This document shows positions 33,301-46,157 of a DNA stretch of 64,000 nt, one piece after another. This DNA comes from Phyllosticta citribraziliensis (taxonomy: Eukaryota). Location of the stretch: positions 1-64,000 of the forward strand of contig NW_027117344.1 of assembly GCF_038025025.1 (NCBI RefSeq), in the 5' to 3' direction. The number at the start of each line of letters is the position of its first letter. The stretch's first letter is position 1. The notes beneath the pieces are model-generated. The model was not told the origin of the DNA and did not search any database. It worked only from the letters and a program-made list of their open reading frames with translations. Position numbers and translations under genes: made by a program.

Positions 33301-36300
33301 GTCATCCAAGAAGGTTTTGATGTGTCTGAAGATGAGAAGCGCCTGCAGCAAGTCAAGGCGTTTCTTCACCAAAAGGAGCAGGGTGATGGCACCAGCGGCA
33401 ACTTGTCCCTTTCGACCATCTTCAAACTTGGCCAGGCCTCTGCGCACAGGAGAGATCCTCTCGACTATGGAACGGCGGCGACGGAAATGCTGCTCAAGGA
33501 AACCGTGGTCCGCGACTTTCTCGACGAGCCAGAACAGCCCCTTTTGGCTCACGACGGAAATCAGGCGGAGCATGCACACCAGGATCCGGGAGTGCAATCG
33601 GGCCTCATGTCTCGCATGTGGAGTTGGTTTGTCAAAAAAGTTTGGCATCGCGAACCGAATCCTTTTTACGCCCGCCTGGAATTCTCCAAAGCCTACGCAG
33701 ACCTTGACCCGCGAGAAATGGCCAAGGAACTCGTTTCGGCAACCGAACGACGGAAAAAAGCACAGCGCGAGTATCTTCAGAAGCATCCCTTGTACAATGT
33801 CTCCCTGTTCACCTTCAAGCCCCACAATCCCATCAGAACATTCTGCCAGCGCATCGTCGGACCAGGTCGAGGAGACGAGCGCATCGAGGGTGTGGCGCCG
33901 TCGATTCCGGTCTGGTACGCATTTTCGGCGTTTGTCTACGCCGCCATCGTGGCCATGGTGCTTCTCGCTTGCATCACCACGCCAGTCTACCAAAAGGAGT
34001 ACTTTGACGCCAACGGATATTCCGACCTCAACTGGTTCGTCTACACCGACCTTGGCTTCGCCATCCTCTTCACCGTCGAAGCGTTGATCAAGGTCATTGC
34101 CGACGGCTTCTTCTGGACTCCAAACGCATACTTTCGCAGCTCTTGGGGATTCATCGACGGCGTCGTGTTGGTCACTTTGTGGATCAACGTCGGCACCCTT
34201 TTGATGCACGAGTCCTCCATTTCGCGTGCCGTGGGCGCTTTCAAAGCTCTCAGAGCGTTGCGCTTGCTAAATGTCTCGGACAGCGCCAGAAACACTTTCC
34301 ACCACGTCATCATCAGAGGCGGTTGGAAGGTCCTGTCCGCGCTCTTCGTCTCTCTGAGCTTCCTGATCCCGTTTGCTATTTACGGACTGAATTTGTTCAA
34401 CGGCCAAATGTACTCGTGCAATGACGGCGACTCGGGCATTGTGAACCTCGAGGACTGCGTGGGCGAGTTCAACAACACCGTTGCCAATTGGCCAGTGCTC
34501 TCCCCCCGACAGGCATCCAACTCCTGGTACGACTTTGACAATTTCGGAGACTCGCTCTTCATCCTCTTTACGATTGTCTCCCAAGAAGGATGGATAGACG
34601 TCATGTGGTCCGCTCAGAGCATCACGGGCAAGTTCAAGCAACCCGAGGACTTTGCATCCCAAGGCAACGCCGTCTTCTTCGTCGTCTTCAACTTGCTCGG
34701 CGCCGTCTTCGTGTTGACGCTCTTCGTCTCCGTCTTTATGCGCAACTACACTGAGCAGACTGGTGTAGCGTTCCTGACGACCGATCAGCGTTCATGGCTC
34801 GAGTTGAGAAAACTTTTGCGCCAAGTTGCGCCGTCGAAGAGACCTTCTTCTACGAAACAGCGTGAGTCGTGGGAAGAATGGTGCTATCGCCGAGCTGTCC
34901 GCAAGACGGGACGTTGGCAAAGGTTCGTCACGTTCTTGCTATTGGTGCATTTGCTCCTGCTCTGCTTGGAGTACTATCCGGAACCATGGGCCTGGGAACG
35001 CACGAGAGACTACATCTTCCTGCTTCTTACCGCACTCTACATGGCCAATAATGCGGTGCGCATCGTTGGTCTGACGTGGGCGCGGTTCCGACGCAGTGCC
35101 TGGGACATGTATGCACTTGTCTCGGTGACGGGCGCCTTCACCACCACGATTCTGCTCTTGACAAACTTTGAGAATCGGACCTACGTACAGCTCCACAAGT
35201 TGTGTCTGGTATCAATTGCCCTGCTGCTCATTCCTCGCAACAACCAGCTTGACACGCTATTCAAGACTGCCGCAGCATCCATCACGTCAATTGCAAACTT
35301 GCTGGCGACGTGGTTCGTGCTGTTTCTCGTCTTTGCGATTGCCATGACGCAGGCCTTTGGTCTCACTCGATTCGGCGAACAAGAATCAGGCAACGTCAAC
35401 TTCCGAACCGTCCCGAAGGCTCTGATTCTGCTCTTCCGCATGTCCTCTGGAGAAGGATGGAATCAAGTCATGGAAGACTTTGCCTCGATCGAGCCACCGC
35501 TCTGCACGGTTGGCACACATTATTGGGACGGAGATTGCGGCAGCGCTGAGTGGGCGCGCACGCTATTCATTCTGTGGAACATTCTCAGCATGTACATCTT
35601 CGTCAACCTGTTTGTGTCGCTCATCTACGAGTCTTTCTCGTACGTGTACCAGCGCAGCAGCGGTCTCAGCGTCATCAGCAGACAGGAAATCCGCAGGTTC
35701 AAGCAGGCGTGGGCAGAGTTTGATCCGAATGGCACTGGATTTGTGCCGAAGGACAAGTTCCCCAGGCTACTAGGGGTAAGTCGACCGCATTGCTTACAGA
35801 CATTTCTGACAAAAGTAGGAACTCTCTGGCGTTTTTGAGGTGCGCATCTACGACGGCGACTTCACGGTCGGCCGCATCATTGAAGACTGCAGCAAGCCGC
35901 AACGGCATAATAGTCTCCCAGTCGGAATGAGGGAGACGCCCGAAATTGATCTCGACAAGCTCAACGACAGGCTTGCAGATCTGCCGATCGACGAGATTCG
36001 CAAACGCAGGGTCCGCGTCAACCGCTTCTACGAGGAAATCCTCAACGGAGCGGATCCGGACCGCGGCGTACAATTCACGTCGCTTCTCATCACTCTTGCT
36101 CACTACAAGGTCATCAACGAGAACAAGAGTCTCCGTCTTGAGGAATTTCTCCGGCGCAAGGCTCGTCTGCAACGCGTCGAAGAATCGGTACAGCGCAAGA
36201 CGGTCATTGGCTTTTTCGACACGCTGTACTGGTCTCGCCGCTTCCGCCGCGCTCTCGAAGCCAAGAAGGCTGGTCGGATGGTGTCGGTGCCGCAATTCGA

Positions 36301-36865
36301 ATTCACCATGGTCGAGGACACGGCGTACCACGGCGCCACGGGTAGTGCCGCGCGTACGCCTTCGCCAACACCATCCCTCGACCCGCTCAGTTTCGACGGA
36401 CCTGCCTTTGGCAACAACTACTTTGACGGACGTTCCGCCAGCCCTCCGGGTCATTACGACGGCGGGTCAATGCGCAGCAGCAGAGCAAACAGTATCCAAA
36501 AGACGCCGGTGCAGTCTCGCGGAAACAGCATCCAAGCGAGTCCGGTCAACTCGCCGCGGCACTCGCCTGTCGACAATGCCGAGTGGCAGCTCGCGGCGGC
36601 TCTCAACCTGTCTCGGCCGGGCACTCCAAGCAACACCACGGCAGGAGCAGCGGCCGACAACGGCGAAGGCACGAGCGCCAGCGCAGCAGCAGGTGGCAGC
36701 GGACTTGGGAGGTCGACGTCGGGTGCCAGCGAGGGCGGACGGTCGAGGCCGGACAGCGACGTCAGCGCCCAAGACGTGCTCGACGTGTTTGCCAACAGCG
36801 CGTGGGGGCAGAGCATCCGCAAGAGCTTCTCGCTCAAGAGACCCGGATCCGGGTGGCAGTCGTGA
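30311..36865 (+). CDS. CCH1: High-affinity calcium channel pore subunit Cch1, 3 exons
   Basis: Four-domain channel with S4-like FRMLSCLRILRLL and FKALRALRLL; pore loops TSNTFSD/SSENWT/SQEGWID/SGEGWNQ (N-E-E-E); EF-like WAEFDPNGTG; introns 31946-31989 and 35776-35818. Confidence 0.96.
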
Positions 36866-37594
36866 GAGAGCGATTGAGACGCGACTCGTTTCCAGCCTGC
36901 GCCAGACGACGCGCCGTGACGACAGCCGCGGCTGTGTAGCCAAGCAAGGACGGACGAAGGCCTGCATGCATGCATGTCGTCAACCAAGCGGGTGGCTGCC
37001 GCTGTATGTATGCAGCATCCCTGCCCGTGCCTGCGACGCGCAACCACCAACGTCGACTCGTACCGTGCCGTGTGCCTTGCCATACAATTGAAGTCAGCGG
37101 CTGTCGCCGGTGCGACGCACGTCGCCTTTGTCGGTTGCGCGAATCCACACGAAATGGTTCGGCTTCCTGCCGGACCACGTCGGTTATCTCTAATATTTTT
37201 CTTTCATTTGCTTCATTCATCGACCTGGAGTTGGAGTTGGAGAGAGGCAAATTCACGGAAGGTAGGGCTGTCGGTCAGGGCCGTGCGTTGGTTTGCGCGT
37301 GTATCATCATTCAGGAAGTTGTGAGGGCAAAGCTGAGTGAGGGGTCAAGGGCATATTCTTCTTTTTTGGGATTCTCTTTCTTCAGCCTACTGCAGCCAAG
37401 AGGAGAGGGACGCGGCGGCGGCGGCGATGGTGGAAAGTGGAGGACCTTTTTTTTTTCATCTTTTTTTGATAGAGGGATAGACTGCAGGCAAGCAGACAGA
37501 CAGGCTTTCATACCTACCGTACCCTCGGTGCGCTTGGCATACGGTGTGGGTAGGTAGGTAGTCTGACACGGATAGAGCGAGTACCTAGGCAGAC

Positions 37595-37595
<1 letters not shown>

Positions 37596-37628
<33 letters not shown>
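37596..37628. repeat. (AGC)11 microsatellite
   Basis: Directly visible. Confidence 0.95.
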
Positions 37629-37632
<4 letters not shown>

Positions 37633-39121
37633 CGGCGGCGTTCTTCTTCCTTCCCATTCGTATTTCAAGACGGAGAATACAAAGACGATTGTTCACCAGT
37701 CTAGACCGACGGGAGTGAGGTGGCCATGTCTTGAGCACCCACCAGGTGTTGCAAGGACCCCTGTCGCGGCGGCCGCGTTTCAGACGGCCGTGAGGCTGCG
37801 CGCCCTGCTTCAGGCCCTTTAGTCGATGCCGGCGGGGAGCGGCGAGATGGGCGTGCCGGGCGGCAGCGAATAGGTGAGACGCTTCAGACCGACTCGACTG
37901 TTGATACGTATTTGCGCAGGTGGGTACCTTCGGTGCTGGGTAGGGCTGGAGGCGGTGTGTGGGGGCCGTTGGCTGGTGTCCAATGTCGTGTTCGAGTGCG
38001 AGTCCAGCAGAGGGAGATGTTAAGTACAATTTTTTCCCCGTTGTCGTTGTTGATGGCGTCGTCGAGGGGAGTTATATTGCCACCCGTACCCCTCGCTCCG
38101 CCAATCTATTGCCCATCCAACCGCCGACCTACCTGCACCTACGTAAAGACGCACTTAAATGCAGCCCTCCCTTGGTTGCCTCCGTCTCAACTGCTATTGC
38201 GCTCGGCTTGAGGCGTCACGAGCGACCTGAGTCTGTGGCTTCGTCATCTGCCTGTTCATTCCTCGACAATCAACAACCTCCGACGGCACCACCACAATCC
38301 TCATCAACACCCCACGCATATCCCACCCAAAGAAGCCCCCTCACGTTGTGCAGCTTTCCTGTTCCTGACGCAGGGAGATCAGGCCCCGTTTTTTTCTCAT
38401 TCCTGTCCATTTTTTTATTCCCTCCAGTCAAAAATCTCCGGCCGCGGCTTTTCCTGTCCCTGTCCCGTCGCGCTCTTTTTCTCCACGGAACAAACAACAT
38501 CAACAACAACAAGAAGACGCAGAAAAAAAAATCCTCCGACGGGCCTGCTGACCCTAATCCTGCGTCCCGTTGCCGTCGTTACTGGGCCGCAGCCACCTCC
38601 GCTACCACACCACTGCTAGCGCCCGCTGCGTGCTTCACCTTCTCGCGACGGCGGCCTTTTTTAAACGTCAGACTCCCGCCGCTCCACCACGTCCTCATCA
38701 TCATCCTCCTCCTCGTACTTCTCGTCTACGAGCGCCAACTGGTTCTGCCTGCTTGGTTTGCCACTCTTCTTCTCGCTCCCGGAAAGCGACTGGAGCGCTA
38801 CCCACCTGCGTGCCGGAAGCCATTGACTTGGTCTTTCAGCAACACGTCCGACCTCACTTTTTTCTTCCTGCCTCTCTTCTCAGTTGCGAGATTGGATCGC
38901 ATCATCGCCTCAGCGGCACCGCATAGTCACCTGCCTGCGTACCTGACGATTTCTTCCCTGCCTGTCTGTCTCCTGCCGTGGGACCTGCGTCCAACAGAAG
39001 CAAGGACTCGCATCTCTAATTACCGGCCAAACCAAACTGAACCACACCACACGTACCTACCTACCTTGCCATCCACACCCTCCCACGGAAAGGAGAAGAA
39101 GCAAAAGACAGAAAACAAACA

Positions 39122-39925
39122 ATGGCACCCGCACGCAACACGCGCCACTCGTTCCGGCTGCCCTCGCTGCACCGCCTCAACACCAAAGACATATCCGCAC
39201 CACCGGCGGGCAAGACAACAACGGCAACGGGCCCCTACCATCCGCTCGCCACGCCGCCGCTACCAAAGACGCCGCCGCCGCCGAACGCCCACCATACGCA
39301 CCACGCGGGGCCCTCGTCGACCGACGTCTGCTGCACCTCGCCAGACTCCGGCTCCAATCCGACCCTCTCCCCCAGCAGCACCGTCTCGACCAGCGCGTCG
39401 CCCTCGTCGTTTGGCGTGCCGTACGCGTTGACAGCGGCGGACCCGCAACACCAGCACTACCAGCTGCCGCACGGCAGCGGCGTCGCCGCGTCGTCGTCGG
39501 TGTCCTGCGCCGAGGCCCCTCCAGCAGCAGCAACTTCACTTGCACAGTCTCCGCCATCCGCAGCTCTGCCCCACGCAAACACAAACGCAAGCACCGCGGC
39601 AGAACCGCATCCTCACATGCACCCCTCCACAACCTACACCAACACAAACACAAACAACCCGCGCATCCGGCACCTCCTCCAACTGCGCCGCAAACACAGC
39701 CGCATCGACATCGAGCGCGAGATGGCCGAGGAGCGCGAGCGCTACGGCGGCGGCAGTCGGCGCTGCTCGACCGACTACGTCGACGGCGTGGGAGCGGGAC
39801 CGGGACGCAGGGCCCCCGGCGGTGGCGGCGGCATGCTGGATGTGTTGGAGCCGCGGCCGCGGCCGGGTCCGGGGGTCAGGGGGAGCGGCGGCATTGGCGG
39901 CATTTTTGAGGTGCTTGATGGGTAG
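39122..39925 (+). CDS. Hypothetical low-complexity protein, 267 aa
   Basis: ACAATGG start; GC-rich codons; short motif-like islands RHSFRLPSL, LRRKHSRIDIE, VLEPRP, GGIFEVLDG in a disordered background. Confidence 0.6.
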   Translation: MAPARNTRHSFRLPSLHRLNTKDISAPPAGKTTTATGPYHPLATPPLPKTPPPPNAHHTHHAGPSSTDVCCTSPDSGSNPTLSPSSTVSTSASPSSFGVPYALTAADPQHQHYQLPHGSGVAASSSVSCAEAPPAAATSLAQSPPSAALPHANTNASTAAEPHPHMHPSTTYTNTNTNNPRIRHLLQLRRKHSRIDIEREMAEERERYGGGSRRCSTDYVDGVGAGPGRRAPGGGGGMLDVLEPRPRPGPGVRGSGGIGGIFEVLDG

Positions 39926-40237
39926 GACGGGGGAGGGGACAGGGGGAGTGCGGAGCTGAGCTGAGCTGTGTTGACGATGGACCACCTTTTCTTTTCTCTT
40001 CTTTTCTTTTCTTCCCCAGGCGTGCGTTGAACCTGTCTGGCTGGTGCCGGGAGTCGAATGGGACGAGATGGGACGCGGATGCGTAAGACTGGATTGGAAG
40101 AATGGAAGGAGGCGTACACAGAGAAATGCAGAGGAAGAGGGAGTTCGGTCTGGGGTGTCAGTTGCCACGCACCACAGACAGACGGACGGAAAGACTTTCA
40201 GATGAGCGAGAATCAGACGAAGAGGGCAGAGATGGAC

Positions 40238-40271
40238 GGACGACGGACGACGGACGACGGACGACGGACGA
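40238..40271. repeat. (GGACGAC)n heptamer repeat, about 5 copies
   Basis: Directly visible. Confidence 0.9.
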
Positions 40272-40944
40272 GCAGAAACAGAGCAGCCAGGCGATAGACA
40301 CGACACGGCAGTGTCCGTACGTAGTAGCATACGTAGAAACGCTGCGACACAGGAAGACTCAGACTCAGACTGACAGGACGGGGCAATCGAATTGAGCAGA
40401 CGAAGATTCTACACCTTTTCTCTTCTCCTGCTACTCCCCTATGTTCTGCTTCCCCTGTCCTCCTTTCCATTTCTTGCCATTTTTCTCTCCCTCTTTCCAG
40501 CCAGCTGTTGGCCAATCAACCAAAAGGCAGCGGGACATCTTGGCGCAGAAATCCGGACCGCACAAGTAGGTATCAAGAAAGACTGGCGGCAGTGACAGAA
40601 AACACACTCACGACACCGCTAATTGTTTCATGAACCAACCAACTGCCATGCTTCAGCTTTCTCCAATCCTAGCTGACTTATCCTAACGACCCAAACCCAC
40701 GCCGCCGCCGCTGGCAATACTGCTGCTGCACTTCTAAACCAATCCACCGGCACCGTCCAACAGACACGCAACTCCGAATCCAAAGTGTGCACAGTGAACT
40801 CAGCGCGACTCGCCCTTTGACGACGACGACGCCATGGCGCCCGCAAAGCAGACAAGACAGGACGGCTCTCTCAAGTACATATGGCATGCCCATCCCACGC
40901 CATCAACAAAGCGGCGAGTTGCCCCTGTTCCGGCACTCACGCAG

Positions 40945-42964
40945 CTATGCCGGCAACGACGTGTGTGAAATCTGCATCTCGTCCAGCATCTCCAACTTAT
41001 CCTCACTGGGCCCCTTCTCGTCAAGCGATACCTTCTTCTCCGCTGGCTTTCCTTCCGCTGGCTTTTCTTCCGGAGCGAGACGAATCTCCTTTCCTCCCGG
41101 AACGAGACGCATCTGGACTGGACTCTCTGGCTCTTCCTCACTGGCCTCCTTCTCGTCCAGCATGATTTGCTTTCCTGCGGCCTTTTCTCCCGGAGCAAGA
41201 TGCAGCTGGTCCGGACTCTCCGACTCGTCCTCGCGGGCATACTCCTGCTCGGCCGAAATCTTCTCTTCCGCGGCTTTGTCCTCTTCATCGAGATCGAGAC
41301 TGCTCATCGACTTGGGTTTTTCGACGTCATACGCTGACACATACGCGCTGTCGCGGCTGCGATTTGCCTGCGAGTGCGGGCGATCTTTTTCTGCGGAGGT
41401 AGTGTCGAGGAAGTTGTGTTTTTCGGTCGGACGCTCATCCTGTTCAGCGCCAGTGCTCTCCTGCCGCGGCTGCAGCTCTGGGCTGACAAATGACTGATCC
41501 ACAGCCTCGAACTCGTCGGCGGTGTTCAAGCTGTGAACGTCGCTGGTCGACAAGTCCTCCTGAATGGGAGCCATTATCGCCCTTGCCGCACGCTCGGCGT
41601 CGTCGTGGCGGCAGATGGGGCAAACAGAGACGATGCTTGGGGACCGGACATCCACGTTTGGAGTAGTCATCATGCTCGGTTCCATAGAGTATGTCAAGCC
41701 GTGAATCGCGCATTGGTATTCGTATTCAGGTCTCGGGACGATTCTGATGGGCGAGTAAGACTGCACTGGAAAAGGCTCTCGGCCGATGCGGACCGTGGCG
41801 GTAAATTTGAGCTTGTGGGTGTGCTGTAGGGTGTAGGTTACGAAGTCGGGGGTCGAGGACTCGGGGATAGTGATCATGATTTCCGTCGTCCGTTGCTGAA
41901 TGGGAAACAACACGCCCCGTTCGTGTACTATTTGCTTGTCTTGGATGCGTCGCTGTCCTTTAGTGAATTTGTACCCGGCTACATCTCTGTCTCATGTAAG
42001 TACTTGACGAATCGAGTCTAGGAGTGTCTTACGTGTGGGACTCCAGTACGATCTTGGCGTTTTCTAAATTTTGTACGGGCATCAAAGCCAGGTCGACGTC
42101 GCTTCTTTCTGATTCAAGTTCCAGACGAAAGGGATGCTTTCCGCCCGTGACGAACACAGGAGGGAGAGTGACTATGGCAGTCAGCAGAGAGAAACCAGTG
42201 TTTACGAATGACCGACCGGTTGGAACAATAACGAGCCTTGGCTCGAACCAATTACCAGGACAGATGCGCAGCAGCCTCTCTTTAAACGAGTTGATACCGA
42301 AACGCCAATCGGAGCACCGTCGTGAGACTGGGTGGAGTTTGAACGTCGCTTGGGGCGCCAGAAACGGGATGGGCTCTGACCCTTTCAAGCCCGTCTGAAG
42401 CTCGACGAAGTCCCGGTGTTCAGAACGACCTTGACCATCGGCACGCTCACTGATGACCTCGGCCCTGACAAAGTATTGGATAGATCCGATTGCATTATCC
42501 GCCCCATTGCCTTTTGTTACGCGGAAAGTAGGTGGGAGAGGTAGGGAACCATCAGCAAGGCGGTTGATCTTACGAGAAACACTGCAAAGGTCAGCGAGCG
42601 GCTTCTCGAGGAGAAGTGCAACACACTCTTCGGCACTCGTGCATTCTGGAAACTCCATCTGAAATGGATCGATGCAATTGTTGTTGACGACCAACTGCTT
42701 CTTATGGCGGAAGAGGTATGTATCACTCGTGGGGCTGATGTATCGGCCGCGAAATTTGAAGCCCCAAACCGGAGACTTGGTTTCGCATACTCCTGAAAGC
42801 TCAATTGTAGCAGAAGAAACGCGTGCGTTTGGTGGCTCCAAGACAATCTTGCCAGATACATTGTCACCGGGATGAAAGACTTGGTCTGTACCATTGAGGA
42901 TGTCGATCTTGACGGCGCGTAGACTCTGGGACGAGGTTGTCGAGGTCATTTTAGATGGTGCCAT
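40945..42964 (-). CDS. Arrestin-fold-like protein with acidic repeat tail, 2 exons
   Basis: VFHPGDNVSGKIVL, LPPTF, GSIQYFVRAEV (arrestin-N-like); TPDFVTYTLQHTHKLKF (arrestin-C-like); 46-nt intron 42032-41987 joins ORFs 42029-43111 and 40945-41913 in frame. Confidence 0.7.
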
Positions 42965-43848
42965 GACTGAAGATAGTAGGGATACGAATGGCGGGTTGGC
43001 GGAGCCGAGGCGTGGTGCAGGCATGAAGAGGAGACGCGCAGAGGTTGAGTGACATGTTGACAATGAGCGGCGACTCTGGCAGCCACAGAGCGAGGCAAGA
43101 GCCTCCCACATCGGAGCCAGCTCCAGATCGTGGAATCGCCATCTGCGAGATCCACGATACAGCCGTCGAACGCACTTTCTGTTTCAATAAACGTGTCATG
43201 GCAATCTCTCCTCATTGATTGGCGAGACAGTTTCGAGATCTTGAGGTCAGCCTTCACATTGGCAAGTTTGTCCAATCAGTGTTCGTGGGGGCAAGACGCG
43301 GCTGAGAGAGGTAATCAAGGCGAGCTGTTTCATTGCGGAGGAATCTTGTCGATTTCTTGTGGCACGAGAGAGTTTGCCGATGAGAAGATTCTCAAGAAGA
43401 GTGCAGTGTCGAGGTTGAATGCATGAGCGGAGGTGGTGGTTGTTCACCGAAAGCGGTGAGGATAATTCTGCCGGCACTTGGAGCTCCGAGCAATGGGCGG
43501 AGATGTGTGAGAGTGAAAGCCTGCAGCATAGTCCAATTGAAAATGCGAGCTCACTGGGGATATTCAAGAAACATTGAGGTCAGACTGTTGCCAGAAAATT
43601 CAGTCGTGTCGACTTCAGCTTTGGCCGCACGGCAAGCACTTTGAACGCGTCCCGTCGCGTCCCACATGGTCGACCCGCATCACCGCCCGCGACTTTCTTC
43701 CACCCCTCTGGCACTCTCCCCTCACCACCTCTCCCACTCTCCTCCACCAAAAGACGCCCGTCCGCTCCTTGCGCCCCGACAAGCCCGCCAACGCATCGAC
43801 ACTCGACAAACCGTCACCATCTCTTCCACATCGCCAATCGCGCCCACC

Positions 43849-44768
43849 ATGCCCGCGCGCAAAAGCACCGCCTCCGTCGCCGACGACGAGTCCGGCCTCA
43901 GCGTAGAAGTGAGGGCCCACGACGCTCCCCAACGACCGGACTCCGCTGACACAACACAGGACCTCAACCTCCCCAAGACCATGGTCAACCGGCTTGCTAA
44001 GGGCGCGCTGCCGGCCAACTTCAACGTGCAAGCCGTCGCGCAATCCGCCATTTCCAAGAGCGCCACCGTCTTCGTAAACTACCTGACCGCACAGTGAGTC
44101 GACGCGGCCCTTCATCGAGAGCGAGGGTGCTGACTCGACGCCAAACAGTGCCAGCGACATTGCCGCGCGGCAAAACAAAAAGACCATCCAGCCGAAGGAC
44201 GTGCTCGACGCCCTCAAAGAGCTCGAGTTCGAGATGTTTGTCGACCGCACCAACGACGAATTGATAAGTACGGCACCCAATCCTCGTATTCTGGCTTCAT
44301 CTGACGATCTCGCTTGCAGAGTACACCGAGATCCAGTGCACGAAGCGCAACTCGTACCGCCGCCGCGTTAAGGACGAGAAGCGTGCCGCAGAAGGGGATG
44401 TCGGCGGTCCCACATCCGGCGCCGGCACCGTAGGACCGGACGGCAGCATCATCAGCGTGGGCCCGGCGGACGAGGATGGCGCAGGGCAGTCGTCCATGGC
44501 TGGCGGACAATTATCAAACACACAACCATTCTCGAAGCGCCCACGGTTGGATCTCACCGAGGACGGCGATCAGGATATGGATGGAGACGAGGGAGAAGAC
44601 GAGGGAGATGAGGAAGGGGAGGATGAGGATGGCCAGGATGAGGACGAAGACGAAGAGGAGGATGAGGAAGGCGAGGAGGGCGACGAGGGCGATAGGGAAG
44701 ATTTGTTGGAGGAGAGAGAGGACAGGGAGGAAGGGGACGAGGCAATGGAGGGGGAGGAGAGTGATTGA
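43849..44768 (+). CDS. DPB4: Histone-fold protein, DNA polymerase epsilon/CHRAC subunit Dpb4, multi-exon
   Basis: DLNLPKTMVNRLAKGALP..AISKSATVFVNYL, KKTIQPKDVLDALKELEF, long acidic tail. Confidence 0.85.
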
Positions 44769-45048
44769 CAAGATGAACAAGACACCTCCCTTCGTGGCAT
44801 CGGAATTGGCGTTTAAAGGCGCAAGAGAACCTGGGACCGGCGGCGACTGCGGCGCAAGTATTGATTCACGTCTGACTGTCTTTTCTCGTAAACAAAACAG
44901 ACGAACATCCTTTGACATTTCTGCCATTGCTTCCAGCCTCTTGATCTACCAGTGCCCGTCTCAGTGTGCTTCCAACACCATCTCAAGACGCCCTAACGCC
45001 AGATACCCGAAACGACCGATTGATGCATCCTCATCGCATGAGAGCCTC

Positions 45049-45750
45049 CTAAATCTCCACTCGCGTTCCCTCCAGCGGATCCCCATACCTCGCCTTGACC
45101 ATGCGGTCGCGCTCGACGAACGACTCCTCAGCCTTATACCAGTCCTCCTGGCTCTTCTTATTCTTCCAGGCCCAGCCCGGCGCATCGGCCTCGCGCTCCC
45201 ACCTGTACCCGCTGGCCGCATGCACGCTGGGCGCCACAACCTTCGCGCCATTCGCGGCTGCATCGCCCAGGTCTCCGGCCGCCGCAGAGGACGAGGACGC
45301 GCCGCCGCCGTTATTCAGGTCGAGTGGAGCTTTGCCTTTGCCGCCGTCGAGCGAGAGCGCCGCGCCCGAGTTCGCCGTGTAGTACACGCGCTTGCCGTTA
45401 GCGTTGATGGTCGTGGCGTCGACGGGTCCGCCGAGCACGGGGGCGCCCTGCGAGTTGGGCGGCGACAATTCGGCCGTCTTGATGGTGTTGGCAGCGGGGG
45501 TGGAGGGAAGTGGTACGCCGCCGCCGTCAAGGAGGTTGGTCGAGTGATCGTTGTTTTGGGCGGTGTTGGTGGATGCTGCAGCGGCAGCGGCTGCGGCGAC
45601 GTCGGCGTCGGCGCCTGGGAACAGATCGTCGGAGACGCTGCTGCGCGGCGACGAGTGCATCGTCGAGTCGCCGTCGGCATCTGGATGCGCTTGCTGTTAG
45701 GTTGGAGGCTACTTTGCGGGAGTGGTGTGAGGCCGAGACGTACCGGACAT
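45049..45750 (-). CDS. Hypothetical protein with Trp-containing C-terminal motif
   Basis: ELSPPNSQ and PGWAWKNKKSQEDWYKAEESFVER..YGDPL; probable micro first exon ATGTCCG|GTACGT giving MSAHPDADGDSTMHSSP. Confidence 0.65.
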
Positions 45751-46157
45751 TGTGGATGACTCGGGCTCGATTCTGGCTCGTTTGGGGGATGGGGATGAGT
45801 CTGCTTGGTCCGCCAGTTTTGCAGAGGCAGGCGTAAAGATGGTGTGGTGTGTAATATGGTGCGGTATGGTTGAAGTGTTTGGATGTGCGAGAGTATGAAG
45901 CAAGGATGGCGGTGACGTTTGGCGGTGGTGCATCGGGTGTGGGTGCCGTGTGGCGCCCGCCGGGAGCTGCCGTCCGGATACCGATGGCGCACGGATCATG
46001 CGGGGTGCTCAGCCTCAGGCAGACCCTGTACTGGACCGAAAGAGGAAATCAGACATGTTCGAGGATAAATTAGTTGAAAATATGTACATACTCCGAGTGT
46101 TGAGAAACAGACAATTTAATAACTCCGGTCCATGCAGCCCAACGCCATCAACACCCA

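Noticed and set aside
32455..34209. 584-aa - strand ORF
   Set aside because: Antisense shadow of CCH1
26556..44768. RSF1-like PHD gene and DPB4 as a clustered ISWI-complex pair
   Set aside because: About 15 kb apart with unrelated genes between; proximity is plausibly chance
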